Assembly (NCBI RefSeq): GCF_018350175.1
Contig: NC_058368.1
Location: 220,722,001-220,786,000 of the forward strand
Reading direction: 5' to 3'
Length of the DNA: 64,000 bases
Source: Felis catus
Lineage: Eukaryota
A program made the position numbers and the translations under genes. Of the stretch, positions 1-14,144 are shown in pieces. Within the stretch, counting starts at the first letter, position 1; every line of letters starts with the position of its first letter. Below the pieces are notes generated by a model. The model ran no database searches, was not told the origin of the DNA, and saw nothing but the letters and a program-made list of their open reading frames with translations.

Positions 1-592
1 CCACACATAGTATTTCTTATGGAAATTCTTGGAGAGATAACCTTACAAGGAAACAATGAGATAAAGAAAGAAGAATGTAGGGGAAATATTGCACACCCTA
101 AGAAAAGAGCAGATTTTCATAAAGATAACAAATAATGCACCAAACTTAGCAAGCTTATTGCATTTCACTGGCTTTCCAAGTGAGCTCAAGTGACTCTCTT
201 TAAGAGAGATCATGATCAGATAACACTCCTTGTGTTGCTTAGATCTTATGTTTGCCTCATTTGGAAGAGGATTATGGAATCCAAATTAGAATTAGCAAAT
301 AATTAAAATTAGAATTAGCAAATACATTTAAATATACTTAAATAATTTTTTTGATGAAAACTGAAGAGATATTACATGCCAAACCTTCTTTTTCTCACCA
401 CATTCAGCTAGAATCGCCAAAGTTTTCTACCTGCAAGCTTATTCACCCAATTGCTCCATAGGTACTGGCTTGGACTTAGATTATACTTAAAGTCTTAGGT
501 TGGGTTAACTGCATCTACCAAAGACTAGGATTCGATGTGCCTGAAATCATGGAGACCGGATCAACTTTTTCCCATGAACTTTTGCACAGGAA

Positions 593-595
<3 letters not shown>

Positions 596-643
<48 letters not shown>

Positions 644-685
644 AGGAAGGAAGGAAGGAAGGAAGGAAGGAAGGAAGGAAGGAAG
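596..685. repeat. Compound microsatellite (GA)n-(GGAA)n, polypurine tract
   Basis: (GA)n at 596-639 followed directly by (GGAA)n at 641-685. It explains the low-complexity ORFs at 515-915. Confidence 0.97.
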
Positions 686-2685
686 GTTGGAAGGAAAAAT
701 GGAAGGAAGAAAAAATTTTAAGAAAAGAAATAGATCTGCTTTCAAAGTCTAATGCAACTTCTCTGCAACCATTCTGCACCCTCCCTTCTCCCATAACAAC
801 AGCCTTGTTAATTTTGGGTATATTAGTTTACAGCCAGACCTACGGTTTCCTTATGGAAATGGCTATATCACTCCAGGGAATCCAGGAGCCTGGGCTCAAT
901 ACAGTACATGTGTAAAGTAAGAAGGCTATGGATTTAGTAATATTGGTGGTCTAGAATGAACTTCTTCTGGATGATGAGTTATCATAATAGTACATACCAG
1001 CATTTACTATTTTGATAGGGAATATCATGTGCTTGTAATTAAATTTTAAAGTAATGGCATACAATTATCCAGGGGTTATTGATATTTAGTACCCAAGGTC
1101 CAGAACATCCAATATGATCCCTAATTCATATGAATACACCAGATTGCTACGCCAAAAGACAAGGAAATCAATATTGAAATCACCTCGTTACCTCATAAAA
1201 AGTGATCCATGTCTTGCTAAAGGCCAGAAGATCTGTTTCCTGCTAGTCAAGAAAGTCTGCTCCTTTCTACTAGGCTTTGAAAGGTTAACTCCATTTGTTA
1301 TATGGTTATAAAACATTCCACATAGAAATAGAAATCTTTGGCCAGCGGGTCTCTGTATTATCAGGAATCAATGACTAAGTTTCCCACTCCAGTCAAATCA
1401 GACGGTGGGAATTTCTAGTGGTTCCACCATTCAGTTGTTAGATGGGTTTCACAGGCAAAAAAGAAACCAAAAAACAAAAAAAAAGTCTCCAGAAAAACCA
1501 TTTAAGTGACCTGCTTTTCTAGTCAGAAGAATAACTATTATCTGCAATAATTACATCATATCATCCTTCCCAGCAGAAACAGATTAGTATCATCAAAAAC
1601 CATGATTACATCTGAGATTCATAGAACTCTTATCTGGAAAGTCTTTCAAATGTCCAATAACCTTTCTCTTCCTCTCATTACATATTTTTCTGGAATTTAA
1701 TTAAATCATTATTCTTACTTCTGTCCCTTCTGTGTTTAAAAGAAAAAACTTTTGATTTTGGTCTTTGTTGCTTCATGTACAATGGCCTACCACAGTTTTC
1801 TCAAGCACTCGTAAAAAAATTCTCCAGGATAAGTGATAAAACAAGCCATTATCAATTCATGCAAAGGTCTCTGGACATAATGGAATGAAATTGAAGTAAT
1901 AACAAAGAGAAATTTGAGAATTTCACAAATATGTAGAAGTTAAACAATGCACTTCTAAAAAAAGTAACTCAAAAAAGAAATCATAAGAGAAATTAGAAAA
2001 TAGTTTGAAATGGGTGAAAATGAAAACACAAAATACCAAAACTTAGAGAATGCAGGTAAAGTAGCATTTAAGGAGAAATTCATAGTTGTGACCATTTATA
2101 GTAAAGAAAAATTCTTAGATCAATACCCCCAACTTCCACTTTATGCAAGTAGGAAAAAATGAGCAAACTTCTTTGAGACTAGCTTGCTGCCTTAACGTGC
2201 AACACCATGCATGCGGAAGCAATGCAATTATTGAGCAGATGAGTAATTACTGAAACAGAGAATAGGAAAACAATAGAGAAAATTGATTAAGACCAAAAAT
2301 TGGTTTTTTGAAAGGGTCAACAAAGTTTATAAGTCTTTAGATAGAATGAAATGAAGGGCATTACCACTGATGATATGCAAATAAAAATCATAATAACAGA
2401 ATCAGACAACTGTATGCCAATCGTATGCCAACAAATTAGATAACTTAAATGACATGAACTCAATTACAGATATACATACGACTGAAGCTGATTCAAGAAG
2501 AATTAGAAAATATGAGCAGAACAGACAAAATCTGAACTGGCTTCAAACACATAAACAGATTCAGTTAGTAATTATTTTTAAAAATCCCCATAAAAGGCAG
2601 TCTAAGCCCAGATGGTTCCTTTGGTGAATTTAACCAAACCTTTGATCAAGAATTAATAATATTTCCCAAAATATGTAAAAAAAAA

Positions 2686-2707
2686 ATATATATATATATG
2701 TATATAT

Positions 2708-2754
<47 letters not shown>

Positions 2755-2758
2755 CCTA

Positions 2759-2803
<45 letters not shown>
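2686..2803. repeat. Compound (TA)n-(CA)n-(TA)n-(TG)n-(TA)n microsatellite
   Basis: Read directly; lies inside the L1 remnant. Confidence 0.95.
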
Positions 2804-2806
<3 letters not shown>

Positions 2807-3701
2807 TGAGGAGGTAACCCTTCTAACTCATTCTATGTACCCAGTATGACCCATACCAAACCAGACAAATGAACATGAAACAAATGTACAGGCAGATGTG
2901 TCTTATGAAAATGGCACAAAAATACTCAACAAAATGCCGCCAAATGAAATCCAGAGCAACATATGAAAAAGATTATATACCAAATGGGATTTATCTGAGG
3001 AATGAAAGGTTGTTTTAGTACTGAAAATCAATAATGTAATATGCACTCTCAATAAAATTAAGGGAGAAGAGGTGAAGGAAAAGCATTTGACAAAATATAT
3101 CAGCTCTTCATGATTGAAATGCAATTGTAAATAGAAGAAAAATTCCTCAACTTAACAAAGGACATTTATGAAAAACCTGCTAATACTACATTCAGTAGGA
3201 AAGCTTAAATGCTTTCCCTCTGAATACAGCAATAAGGCAAAGATGGCCACTCTCACCACTTCTAATCAACATTGTATTGGAGGTCATAGCTAGGACAACC
3301 AGACATGACAAAGTAGTAAAGGCATCCAAATTGGAAAGGAGGATGTAAATTTATCTCTATTTTCAAATGACATGATCTTGCATATAGAAAATCCTAAGGA
3401 ATCTACTATAAAACTATTTCAACTAATAAATGAGTTCAGTCATATTGCAGGGTACAAGCTGAATACATAAAAATCATTTTTGGTTTTTAACCTTAGCAAT
3501 GAACAGTCCAAAAATGAAACTAATGGAAAATTTTGATTTAAAACAGCATCAAAAAGAATTATATAGCTAGAAGAAATTTAATCAAAAAACATACAAAACT
3601 TGGATTCTGAAAATGATTTAAAATCACTGTTGAAATAAATCCAAAATTTCCTAAATTAATGGAAAGGCATGCCATGTTCGTGAATTAAAAGCTAATATTG
3701 T

Positions 3702-3918
3702 GGGGCGCCTGGGTTGCTCAGTTGGTTGAGCATCTGACTTCAGCTCAGGTCATGATCTCACACTCCGTGAGTTCAAGCCCCGCGTTGGGCTCTGTGCTAA
3801 CAGCTCAGAGCCTGGAGCCTGCTTCAGATTCTGTGTCTCCCCCTCTCTCTGCCACTCCCTTGCTCATGCTCTGTCTCTCTCTGTCTCAAAAATAAATAAA
3901 AACATTAAAAAATTTTTG
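3702..3918 (+). mobile_element. CanSINE (SINEC, felid type) inserted in L1
   Basis: ggggcgcctggg head, (CT)n and A-rich tail; TSD ttaaaagctaatat (3685-3698) / ttaaaagataatat (3919-3932). Confidence 0.95.
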
Positions 3919-5869
3919 TTAAAAGATAATATCATTAAGATAGTAATACTCTTCAAACTGATCTACAGATGAAATGCACAGCCCATCAAAATTATTGCTG
4001 GCATTTTTTGTAGGATTCAACAAGTAAATCCTAATAATGATAGGGACATGGAAGAGGCCCCAAATAGCCAAAATAGTTTAGAAAAAGAACAAAGTTGAAA
4101 AACACGCACTTTGCTGACTGCAAACTTCATGACAACACAACAGTATTTAAGACAGTATCATGCTGATATGAGGATAGACATAGAGATCAAACTGTGGAAT
4201 TGAGAGTCTAGAAATAAGCCTTATATGTATTGTCAATTGATTGTTGACAAGGATGCTCCACAATGGGATAAGAATAGTCTCCAACCAGTGATGCTGGGAT
4301 GTCCGGATATCCAAATGCAAAAGAATGTTGATGGGCATCCCAGAAGTTATCTCACAACATACACAAAAATAAAGTTAAAATAGATACATGCCCCAAAGCA
4401 AAATGCAAAACAATAAAGCTCTTAGAAGAAAACATAGGAATAATTTTTTGGGGATCTTGGGTCAAGAAAAGCCTTATTACAGATGACACCAAAATTACCT
4501 ATAAAATAAAGGGGGAAAAAGACAAATAAACTGTCAAAATTAAAATTTTTGTACTTGAAAGGGTACCATCAAGAAAGCCAAAGGACAACACATGGTATGG
4601 GAAAAAATATTTCTCCAAAGTTGAAAAACAAATAGCCAATAGTCTGACATCATTAGCCATCCAGAAAATGCAAACCAAAGCCCAATGAGATAATATTTTA
4701 CACCCACTAGGATAGCTATAATCAAAAGACAGGTAACGAGTAAGGGTGAGGATGCAGAGAAATTTCACACTTCACACATAAGTGGTGGGAATGTAAAGTG
4801 CTTCATCTGCTTTGTAACATAATTTGATTGTTCCTCAGAACATTCTTAATAAAGTTGACATATGCCTCAGAAATGCTCAAGGGAAATTGAAAACATCCAT
4901 CATCACAAAATGCATCATCACATAAATATACATAGTAGCATCAATGATACTAACCAAAAAGTCAAAACAACCCAATTTCTATCAACTGATGAATGGACAA
5001 TTAAAACGTAGTATATTCGTAACAATGGAATAGTATGTAGCATTACAAAGGAACGGAATACTTCTACACCTGATCCATAAAAACATTATGCTAAAGGAAA
5101 GAAGGCAATTACAAAAGACACCACATTGTATGATTCAACTTACATGAAATGTCCAAAATAGGTAAATCTGTGAAAACAGAAAGTAGATTTGTAATTGCTG
5201 GTTGCCTAGGCATTGGAGACGGGGAAACAATGGTTAAAGGCTGCTAATTGGCACGAGGATATTTTGGGGGTGATGACATATCTTAAAGTTGATCGTGGTA
5301 ATGGTTGCAGAACAATGTAAGCATATTAAAAACCACTGAATTCTACAGTTTAAATGGGTCAGTGGTATATATAAAAATTATGTTTCTCAACAAAGTGTTT
5401 TAGAAAATAACACAGGGAAAATTTATTTATCGAATAATGAATAATATTTATGATTTTAATTGTTTCAATGAAATGTGTGGTTATGACACACATAAGTATT
5501 AATAAGTAGAGTTACCAAAGAGTAATGGAAAGTATTATCAGAGCAGCGGCAAGTGAGTCATTTTGAATGCTAGCTAGTAAAGATAATCATTTATGTGGTT
5601 TTGAAGATGATGACTGTCTAGGTTTTTATGGTGAAAAGCAAAACTTCCATGGTATATTTTGACATGTTTGCTTTTTGATTTATTGTTTTAATAATCATTG
5701 GATACATGGTACTGTTGGTATTAATTTAGTTTTTTGGAGACTAGTCTTAATATTCAGAATACACATGATTTATTACATGTATGAAATGACATTGGAATTT
5801 CTTTTAAAAATTAATGGTTTAGAATAATTTTTCTCAAGTATATATTTGATTTATTGTACAGAAAACATT

Positions 5870-6415
5870 TAACATAGCTGGCTTGATTGTTCTTCTTTGA
5901 TTGACCTACTGACAAGTTTGGTCCTTGGCTGGCTTCTGGGGACTTGAATTTCTGAGGGTTCTTACCATTCATTCCCATTCCCATAGTGACTAATTTTGGC
6001 TAACCTGTTTATACAAACATTGTGGATGATACCAAACATTTGCTTTCCTCCTGGGAGTTTGGAATGTTGGTCCATACGTGGTACATGTGAGCAACCCCAA
6101 GTGAAAACCCTGGGCACTGAGCCTTGGTGCCCTTCCCTGTTAGCGACATTTTACACCTTGTCACTACTCCTTTTCATTGTTCCGTGCTGGGGAAATTAAG
6201 ACTGGCCTGTGTGACTCCACTGGGAGATGATCTTTGGAAGCTTATGACTGATTTCTTTTGGACTTTACCCCACGTGCTTTTCCACTTTACTCTTTTTGCT
6301 TTTTATTATTTTACTGTATAAATCAGAGCCTTGAGAACAATAATACTCAGTTGTGTACTGAATCTTCTTATCAAATCATCAAACCTAGGAGCAGTCTTGA
6401 TGACCCCTCAGTACA
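5870..6415 (+). mobile_element. ERVL-class solo LTR, MER21C/MER77-like
   Basis: Motifs 'aaaccctgggcactgag', 'cctgtgtgactccactgggaga...ttggaagctt' and end 'atcatcaaacctagg...gtcttgatgacccc'. Confidence 0.7.
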
Positions 6416-6505
6416 ACTACGTAACAAATACACTACTTTGGTACAATGATTTGTACCAGTTTAAATGATATTTTTGTTGAGCCTAAATGTACTAAATGAA
6501 AATAT

Positions 6506-6510
<5 letters not shown>

Positions 6511-6551
<41 letters not shown>
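6511..6551. repeat. (AT)n microsatellite
   Basis: Read directly. Confidence 0.95.
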
Positions 6552-6552
<1 letters not shown>

Positions 6553-7067
6553 TTTTATTGGGGATGGTTGTTGAGTTACCAGTATTGACCAATGTAAAGT
6601 TCTTGTATTTTCTCATACCACAAATATGGCATAGGACTTATTTACTAGCACATGTGTTGTATTGTTGCTGGCTGTATACCAGCCATTTACTGATCTGATA
6701 TTTATTTTTGGAATTTAGGTTTTGGCAGGGACAGTATATTATGGCTGTACATTCAGAACTTATAATTACAGACTAGAGTCTGGTCTATGATGCACTATAT
6801 TTACATGAAAAAGTTTCCCTTAGGAAAAAAAATGCAGAGTTGTGTTCATCCCCCCCCCCTAAAAATCCTGCAAAAATAGAAAAAATGCCATAGTGCACTT
6901 GTTTATCTTATGTACAAGATAATATAGGACAATATTCTTTTCTTTTTTTTTTCACTTTGTATTTATATAGAAAAAGCCTCTAGCTGATTATTAAAATTCC
7001 GAAGTAAGGAGATACTAATGGTATCTTCTCTACTCTCATCTGAGGTCAGGATAAACCAAGTGTTACA

Positions 7068-7273
7068 TTTTTTTTTTAATGATTATTTATTTTTTGAGAG
7101 AGAAAGAGCATGAGCAGGGGAGGGGCAGAGAGAGGGAGACACAGAATCAGAAGTATGCTCCAGGCTCCTAGCTGTCAGCGCAGAGCTGGACGCGGGGCTC
7201 GAACTCATGAGCTACAAGATCATGACCTGAGCCAAAGTTGGACACTTAACCGACTGAGCCACCCAGGCACCCC
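7068..7273 (-). mobile_element. CanSINE
   Basis: T-rich tail, (GA)n, 'gggctcgaactca', ending 'ctgagccacccaggcacccc'. Confidence 0.95.
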
Positions 7274-7548
7274 GTTTTGGGGGGCTTTATTTCACCATTC
7301 AGTGTGGCCGAAAAGAAAATTAGTCAGACCCAACCAAGTTAACAGATGCTGCTTCTCACAGCAGAAGGTATGGGTGAAAATTTATCCAGGAAACATTATC
7401 AAGATTGCCTGTTAGTGATCATAAGCTCAAAAAATAGCTTGGGTATTTTGGTCTTCCGGAAAGTTTTCTTTTTACTACTAGGAAATGCTTTGTGATAAGT
7501 ACCGGCAAAGGATAAGTAAAACTAACGGTTAAATTACAAATTAGGTAT

Positions 7549-7686
7549 GGGGCACTTGGGTGGCTCAGTCGTTGAGCATCAGACTGGGGTCCTGGGATCC
7601 AGCCCCTCAGAGGCTCTGCACTGAGTATGGAATCTACTTCAGATTCCCTCTCTTTCTTCCTCTGCCCCTCTCCCCCACTTGCTCAT

Positions 7687-7737
<51 letters not shown>

Positions 7738-7740
7738 AAA
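7549..7740 (+). mobile_element. CanSINE, internally deleted, with long (CT)n
   Basis: 'ggggcacttgggtggctcagtc' head and (CT)n at 7688-7733. Confidence 0.88.
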
Positions 7741-8639
7741 CACACACACACACACGCACAAAACACATTTGGTCCGGACCATGGCTACATGGTTAGAATC
7801 TCCAAGATAGGCCTCTTCTGTCTCCTTTTCTACCTGTGACCTTGTGAGAACGAAACGTATGAAGTTAACATTTAATTTATTAATATCCTGAGTCTCCTGG
7901 AAATTATATACGATGATGATTTAATACTTGTTACTTGTTCCTAACTGCCTTCTATTCTTTATCCATTCCTCTACCCTTGGGGTTTATTGCTTAAGAACAA
8001 TAATCCTGGAACTAGAACGATTTAAAAGCCAAGTATGTTTGTGCTGGCTTAAAAAGATTGCATTCCAGCATAAAGCTTGTGTTCAAACCCTCTCTCCAAA
8101 TGATACATCATTTAGTTATGTCTACTAATGCACACACACAATCACATTATTCAGTACAACAGACCCTACATCATTTACTAATACAAATTAGAGAAAATGT
8201 AAAAACATTCTGGAGCCTTCCTTGGTGACTCTGATTTGTCTGTTGCTTCCGTTCTACAGTGAGTTATTTGTGAAAATAAAATGCTATCAACCAATGAAGG
8301 AATTTCAATAAATAAAATTAACTTAGGAAACACAAAAAGAAAAGCAATGAATGCAAAGTTAGCTCTTAAAACAACTTGACTGTGTATAATAAGCACTGAA
8401 AGTCTCTCATTCTGTATATCCAACCTTACCTCATTTTTAATTCCTAGAAGTTTATTCTTGACACACTAATGACATAACTTATTTTTGTTTTACATACACT
8501 GTAATTTTGCATATCATGATTCAATATTTGACAGAGATGACTATTAGCAAAACACATTTTTTTATATGTGCAATGTTGTGATTTATGAAAAATATGTATA
8601 CATATATATTTGATCATATATGTACATATATTCACATAT

Positions 8640-9417
8640 ATATTTGGTCTTCTTCCAAGATTCCTCGCTTACAACTCCCAAACAACCTTAGAATTTCTTA
8701 AGGAAAGAGAGTGTTAAAAATATCCTTTTGTTATATTAATCAGGTGACCTTTGGAAAGCACCTAAAGGTGGGGGCTGTTTACCAGTGGAGCAAACCATGG
8801 GACTTTTAGTCTCATTCCTTGATCTCTCTCTGGTGGAGGGAAGAAAGGCTGGAGGTTGAATCAATCACCAATTGCCAATAATTTAATCAACTATGCCTAA
8901 GTAATGAAGCCTCCACACAATCCAAAAGGACCAGGTGTGGAGAGCTTTTGTGAGGAACATGGGGGGATCTGGGGGACACTGACACAACTGGAGGGGACAA
9001 GGAAACTTCTTACCCTTTTCCCATATTTCGCCATATGCGTGTCTTCCATCCGGCTGCTCCTGAGTTATATCCTTTTATAGTAAACAGGCAATCTGGTAAA
9101 CTGGTAATCTAGTAAACAAAATGGGTCTCTGAGTTCCCAGAGCTGCTGTAGCAAATGAATTGAACCCAGGGATGAGGTAGGGGGAACCTCAGATTTACAG
9201 CGAGTCAGTCAGGAGGTCAGGGAACAATCTGGGCTTATGACTGGCAAATGAAGGTAGGGTGGCCCATCTTGTAAGACAGAAAGCTTCACCTGGGGAATCT
9301 ACACTATCTTCAGGTAGATAATGTCAGAATTGTTACCCTACGGGTATCTGAGAATAGCTTGGTGCTGCATGGAAAGCCCCCGACACACCCACCGGATGGG
9401 GCCCAGAAACCCAAAAC
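8640..9417 (+). mobile_element. ERVL-class solo LTR, MER21A/B-like
   Basis: 'ggctggaggttgaatcaatcaccaattgccaataatttaatcaactatgcctaagtaatgaagcctcc' and 'cctgagttatatccttttatagtaaac' match MER21-type LTRs. Confidence 0.78.
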
Positions 9418-9619
9418 AATATTATATAAAGTTGTCATACCTATGCTAAAGATGGCCATTATCTTTTATCCTCAGATAACTATTTTCATCTAAAGTTCAT
9501 TTTGTTTTAGTTTCTAACTAAAGACTCTAGGAGTTGGGAATGCTTACAATAGCAAAGTACTGAAAATCTACGTAATGGGCTTCAATTAGTAAAAGGTGAT
9601 TTTTGTCACTTTAAAAGAA

Positions 9620-9950
9620 ATCTAGAGATCATGGTTGCTGTCCACGGTGTAACAGCTAAGAGTGTTATCAGGGCACAAAGACTTTTTTTCTAGCTACAGA
9701 CCCTTCCACGTTGTGTTTTGATCTAATTCATGTGACCTCATGGTCAAAATATAGGCCCTGAAGCTCCAAGTATCATGATCAGGTTCCAGGCAGAAAAAAA
9801 GAGGAGAAGGAATATCACCAATTATCATCTCTCCCTTTTTACTAGAAATATATATTTTTTAAGATGTTCCCAACAGGATTCCCCCTGATACCTCATAGAC
9901 GATATCTGGGTTACCCTGCATATCAAGCTACCAAGGAGCTGGGTAAATTA
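9620..9950. mobile_element. Degenerate MaLR (MLT1J/K-like) fragment
   Basis: 'ctcatggtcaaaatatagg..gaagctccaagtatcatg..ttccaggcagaaa' resembles old MLT1 LTRs. Confidence 0.45.
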
Positions 9951-11724
9951 AAGAACTGGCAGGTGATTGACAGATCTGTCATTATTGATGGAGACACAAC
10001 ATGATACCATAATCATCATATGTGGCTTAGGCACACACTCAACCCAGACAGAATCAAGGATCTGTAAGCAAGAACAGTGGGGAATAAATGTCAGGTGGCA
10101 ATCATGCTTCCAATATATGGTATCCATTATTACAATCAAATTAAAATTAATCCACACTTTGACGGAGGCAAGTGGATACTGCACAGCAAATAGCATGGAA
10201 CTGAATCAGTGTCTACTCCCCTTACACAGAGAAAAACCTTCCGTCATATCCTGATTGTTCGTCTAACCCCATTTTTAAACTCTCTGGAAAAATTTATGAG
10301 GGAAATTAATGATAAAAACACAACTGTTTGAGGCTATCCATCATAACAGGGGAGTGAAGAGTGTTCAATGCCATTTATTCTACATGGATTCTTTCCTAGG
10401 ATTCTTGGAATAAGAAGAAATCTCTTATTTTGAAACGTAATGAGAGTATAATATTAATATGCCTAATTGGAAATCGATGATGGTCTTCAACAACATTATA
10501 AGTGCATGTTGTTTTTCTTTTTAACAGAAGAATCCCTTCTGGACAATTCCTGGCATGGGGTATTAAGTAAATCATTCAGTTATAATAAAATTTGTGCCTT
10601 TTAAGATCCACATTTTAATATTCACTGAATACAATGCTTATGTTTCACTGGGGAAAAAAATGGATATCTTTGATTTTTATAGATGATTTAAAAAGACAGG
10701 ACCACGGAGATGATAGAATTATTGCCACTGGAGTTTAGAAAAACTATTTGATTTTAAGTTATAAACATAAGTAGAACTTTGATTATTCTTCGAGGGCAAA
10801 AAATGTCTCTTGGAGGCAATATTTCATATGCATCTTTGATGCCTGCAAAAATTCCAAAATATTTAAGGTGAAAGATTTCATAGTCCACAGAGAAAGGAGG
10901 ATTGTATTGCTGCCATCCTTAATGAACTTTGGTATCTCTACATAAGTTACCTTCAGCAATCAGTGTTCACAAAGCATGATGATATGCCATGGTCTTGGCA
11001 ATATTTGTACAGATTTGAGGGGGAGACATTTATATTATCTGTGCTATATTCTGTCCATATCTTCCCCACCTCCCCTCAAAAATTTAATGCGCCCATCCAC
11101 AACTGATCACATGGAATGACACTCGGTCAGATGACTAGAACAACTTAATCATTTTCAAGTGATACATGACATTCTTAACCTTCTCTTCAAGGCACAGTCA
11201 ACGTCAACAGTGGGATATTTAAAGTATGTGTGGGTCCCCGTCAATCTTTAATGCATAGTTCTTCTATATACATCTCCCCTTGCCTGTGCTGGAGCTGATC
11301 ATTTGTTTTATTTGTCTCAGGGATTTGCTTGATTTAGAAGTTGGGAATATACATCTGTAGTATTGGAAAGAGCCTATTCATAAAACGTGGAGATTTTGCC
11401 ATACATTCCAGAGGAAAGTCAATGTGGCAAAGCGAAGTGCAGAATTATTTCTGTCTTGGTGTTATTTTTGAGTCATATATCTCTGCCTTTTTATGAACAG
11501 CAGGCATATTTGGAAGAATTATGTCTGAGTCATAAATCCCAATTTGCCTGGGACATGACTAATAGGTGTCTTTAACGTAGTAAGATGGTATTACTGTCTT
11601 ATCCTGCAAAAATTTTTAAACTCTCAATCACAAACAGGGCAGGTTAAGATTTAAATGACAAACATTAATGCTTGCCTCATCAGGAAGTAAGTTACCATTG
11701 CATATCCTAGACCATTTTGTGTAA

Positions 11725-11725
11725 A

Positions 11726-11773
<48 letters not shown>
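11725..11773. repeat. (CA)n microsatellite
   Basis: Read directly. Confidence 0.95.
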
Positions 11774-11775
<2 letters not shown>

Positions 11776-12867
11776 TTCATCTTATTGTTATGTAGTAAGC
11801 AAAACTGCTCTGCTTGATGTAAGTAAATAGATGTTTTCAGAAGGAAATGCAACGAACATATTTAGCAGATGAGTTAAAAAACGAAGATGATTGGTTGATT
11901 CCTGTTTCAAACATGCAGAAATATGATTCTATTTAATTAATAATAGTGCAAAGTGCTTCCATATCACCATAAATTTTCAATGATATGAAGTACTTAAAAT
12001 TCTTCCTTTCTATCAGCTGGTTTTCTGGAATAGGTTATAAATAACAGTACAATATAGAGGAGAAACCTGAAAATATTGAAAAGGTATGCGATCATAGGGA
12101 AGGATTCATGTTAATTCATGTTAATGATAGCCTTATAACTATAGTCTGTTGAATATAAAATCTAGGCATGTAGTCACAGAATTGAGATTGTGATTGTGGG
12201 GTCCATTGGGACCTTAAAATTCAGTCATGTTGTAGAAAAATGTTTGGAATCAGAGTGTGAATTCATAGAATATTCTGAGTGGAATGTCTTTGACTAGAGA
12301 CCACTAAGGGGAAAGAGATTTAAAAAAAATTCAGAGATTTTGCTGGCTGAGTAAAAGTACTGAAATGGAGCACAGAAGGAGAGAACATTCTGAGACTTAT
12401 TTTAGGATCCCATGCTTGAGGAACAGAATTTGGAGTTTTACCTTTAAATACACATTTTTCTAACAAAGAAAGTCACCAGGTGGTTTTTGATTTTTGTTTT
12501 GTTTTGTTTGTTTGTTTGTTTGGTTGGTTTTTGTTGTTGTTATTTAGAGTCAATAAAAATATGTTTTCAAATGTGTGTTCTGCAATAGATACCTTGTGTG
12601 AGTTTCAGTGAAGAAGAAGGTTCAATCTTAAAGTCACTCATAGAATATCTGTGGAACAAAATTAAAGTGACAGATACAAACTCTGAGATTATGCTACTAG
12701 AATCTGAAAAATCATTTATTTTCTCCATTATCTTTAGAATTTTTTCCTACTTCTCCCTTTACCCCCAAATATCCCACCCCTTACCTCCACCCCCCTGCCA
12801 TACACACACCTCTTTTGGAAGCAACAATAGGGACTGCGATACTTCTTGAAGAAAAACCATTAATTCA

Positions 12868-13023
12868 GGGTCCCCTGGGTGGCTCAGTCAGTTAAGTGTC
12901 TGACTTCAGCTCAGGTCATGATCTCACGGTTTATGAGTTCAAGCCCCGTGTTCAAGCTCTGTGCTGACAGCTCGGAGTCTGGAGCCTGCTTAGGATTCTG
13001 TGTTTCCCTCTGTCCTCTCTGCC

Positions 13024-13080
<57 letters not shown>

Positions 13081-13107
13081 AAGAATAAATAAACATTAAT
13101 AAAAAAT
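12868..13107 (+). mobile_element. CanSINE
   Basis: Head, (CT)n and A tail; TSD aaaaaccattaattca (12852-12867) / aaaaaccactaattca (13108-13123). Confidence 0.95.
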
Positions 13108-14144
13108 AAAAACCACTAATTCAAATATGTAACACATCTGGCAAGCTGGAAGAATGTTTTTGTCAAGAAAAGCTTGCTGAGAATCAAGTCATTTCCTTAA
13201 ATAATTGAAACCCAAAGGACTTAGAAAATAATTTTAGGGAAATTGGTCGCTCATAAGCCAATTGTTTTCTTGTGAAATAAAGCCATTTAGTAAACATCAA
13301 TTTTGACATATTCTAAACAACGCTTCTTCACGTGCTTCCTGTCAATTGTCCCTTGTTTCCCACATAGCCCTCTGTCATTTCTGTCTTTTGAAATATCTTT
13401 AAAACCTTGTCAATTCTTTCATTTGCCAGTTCAGACATGAAGCCAAAAAAACTTACCCCAAACCTTCTTCATACGGAAAAAATGTTAAAATTGCACTTAT
13501 TCTGCATGTCTTGGCATTATTTCTTATGACCTATGCAACTACAGTCACTTTTACCAGCCATGTCACATGTTAACCTTACATTACCAATATGGACACCACT
13601 GTCCCTTGCCTCTGCCGTGAAAATAGCTGTGAATGGATTGCCACTGTTTCCAACTGAATATATGCAAATAAGGAATAAACAAGATGTGCCTCTAAATTAC
13701 ATTGGATTGATTTTAAACTGAAACTTCTCTTTAAAGATTCAGTAGTAATCAGTCTTTATCTTTCCATGGTAGACTTGATTTTTGAAATTGGACAAATTCA
13801 TTCTAGCCAATTTTGGATAATGAGATGTGTCATTAAGCTGGGTAATAGTATTTTCTGCCCCAAATGTAGCTTTACTATAAAGTAGTGAAATGGATTTTCT
13901 TGAGTGGTTCACAAATTGATTCTATTTTGAATTCCAAATTAGGAGTCCCAAATTTGTTCTGAGCTATGGCTATTGTGAAAATAGACATATATACATACGT
14001 ATCTTACTCAAATGACTAATGCCAAGAACAAAAAAGATTTCTAAGTTCTAATTGCCTTTCATATATCCATTATTTTATATTCTTGCCTTGCACAGTAATA
14101 CAAATCCTTTAGTAGAGGGATTGATTAATTGATCATTCATTGCC

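Larger units (their letters stand above)
1865..5407 (+). mobile_element. Old LINE-1 remnant (degenerate ORF2 to 3' UTR, L1MB-like)
   Basis: A-rich, L1 ORF2-like sequence (e.g. 'ctctcaccacttctaatcaacattgtattggagg', 'atcaactgatgaatggac') ending in an L1MB-type 3' end 'ctcaacaaagtgttttagaaaa'. No intact ORF. Interrupted by a microsatellite and a SINE. Confidence 0.9.

Noticed and set aside
283..324. Short direct duplication aaattagaattagcaaat (similar small duplications near 12105, 21517, 32750 and 44420)
   Set aside because: Ordinary slippage duplications of only two units; not an array or CRISPR.
515..915. ORFs of 71-126 aa rich in ER/KEGR/SL repeats
   Set aside because: Translations of the (GA)n-(GGAA)n microsatellite.
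3698..3895. Recurrent 'WVAQ...AQVMIS...SLEPASDSVS' ORFs here and at many other positions
   Set aside because: CanSINE sequence read in frame; not a protein family or paralog array.
9632..9655. Partial RE1/NRSE-like motif 'gctgtccacggtg' (also partial matches near 10697 and 53687)
   Set aside because: Each lacks one essential half-site, and the first lies in a MaLR fragment.
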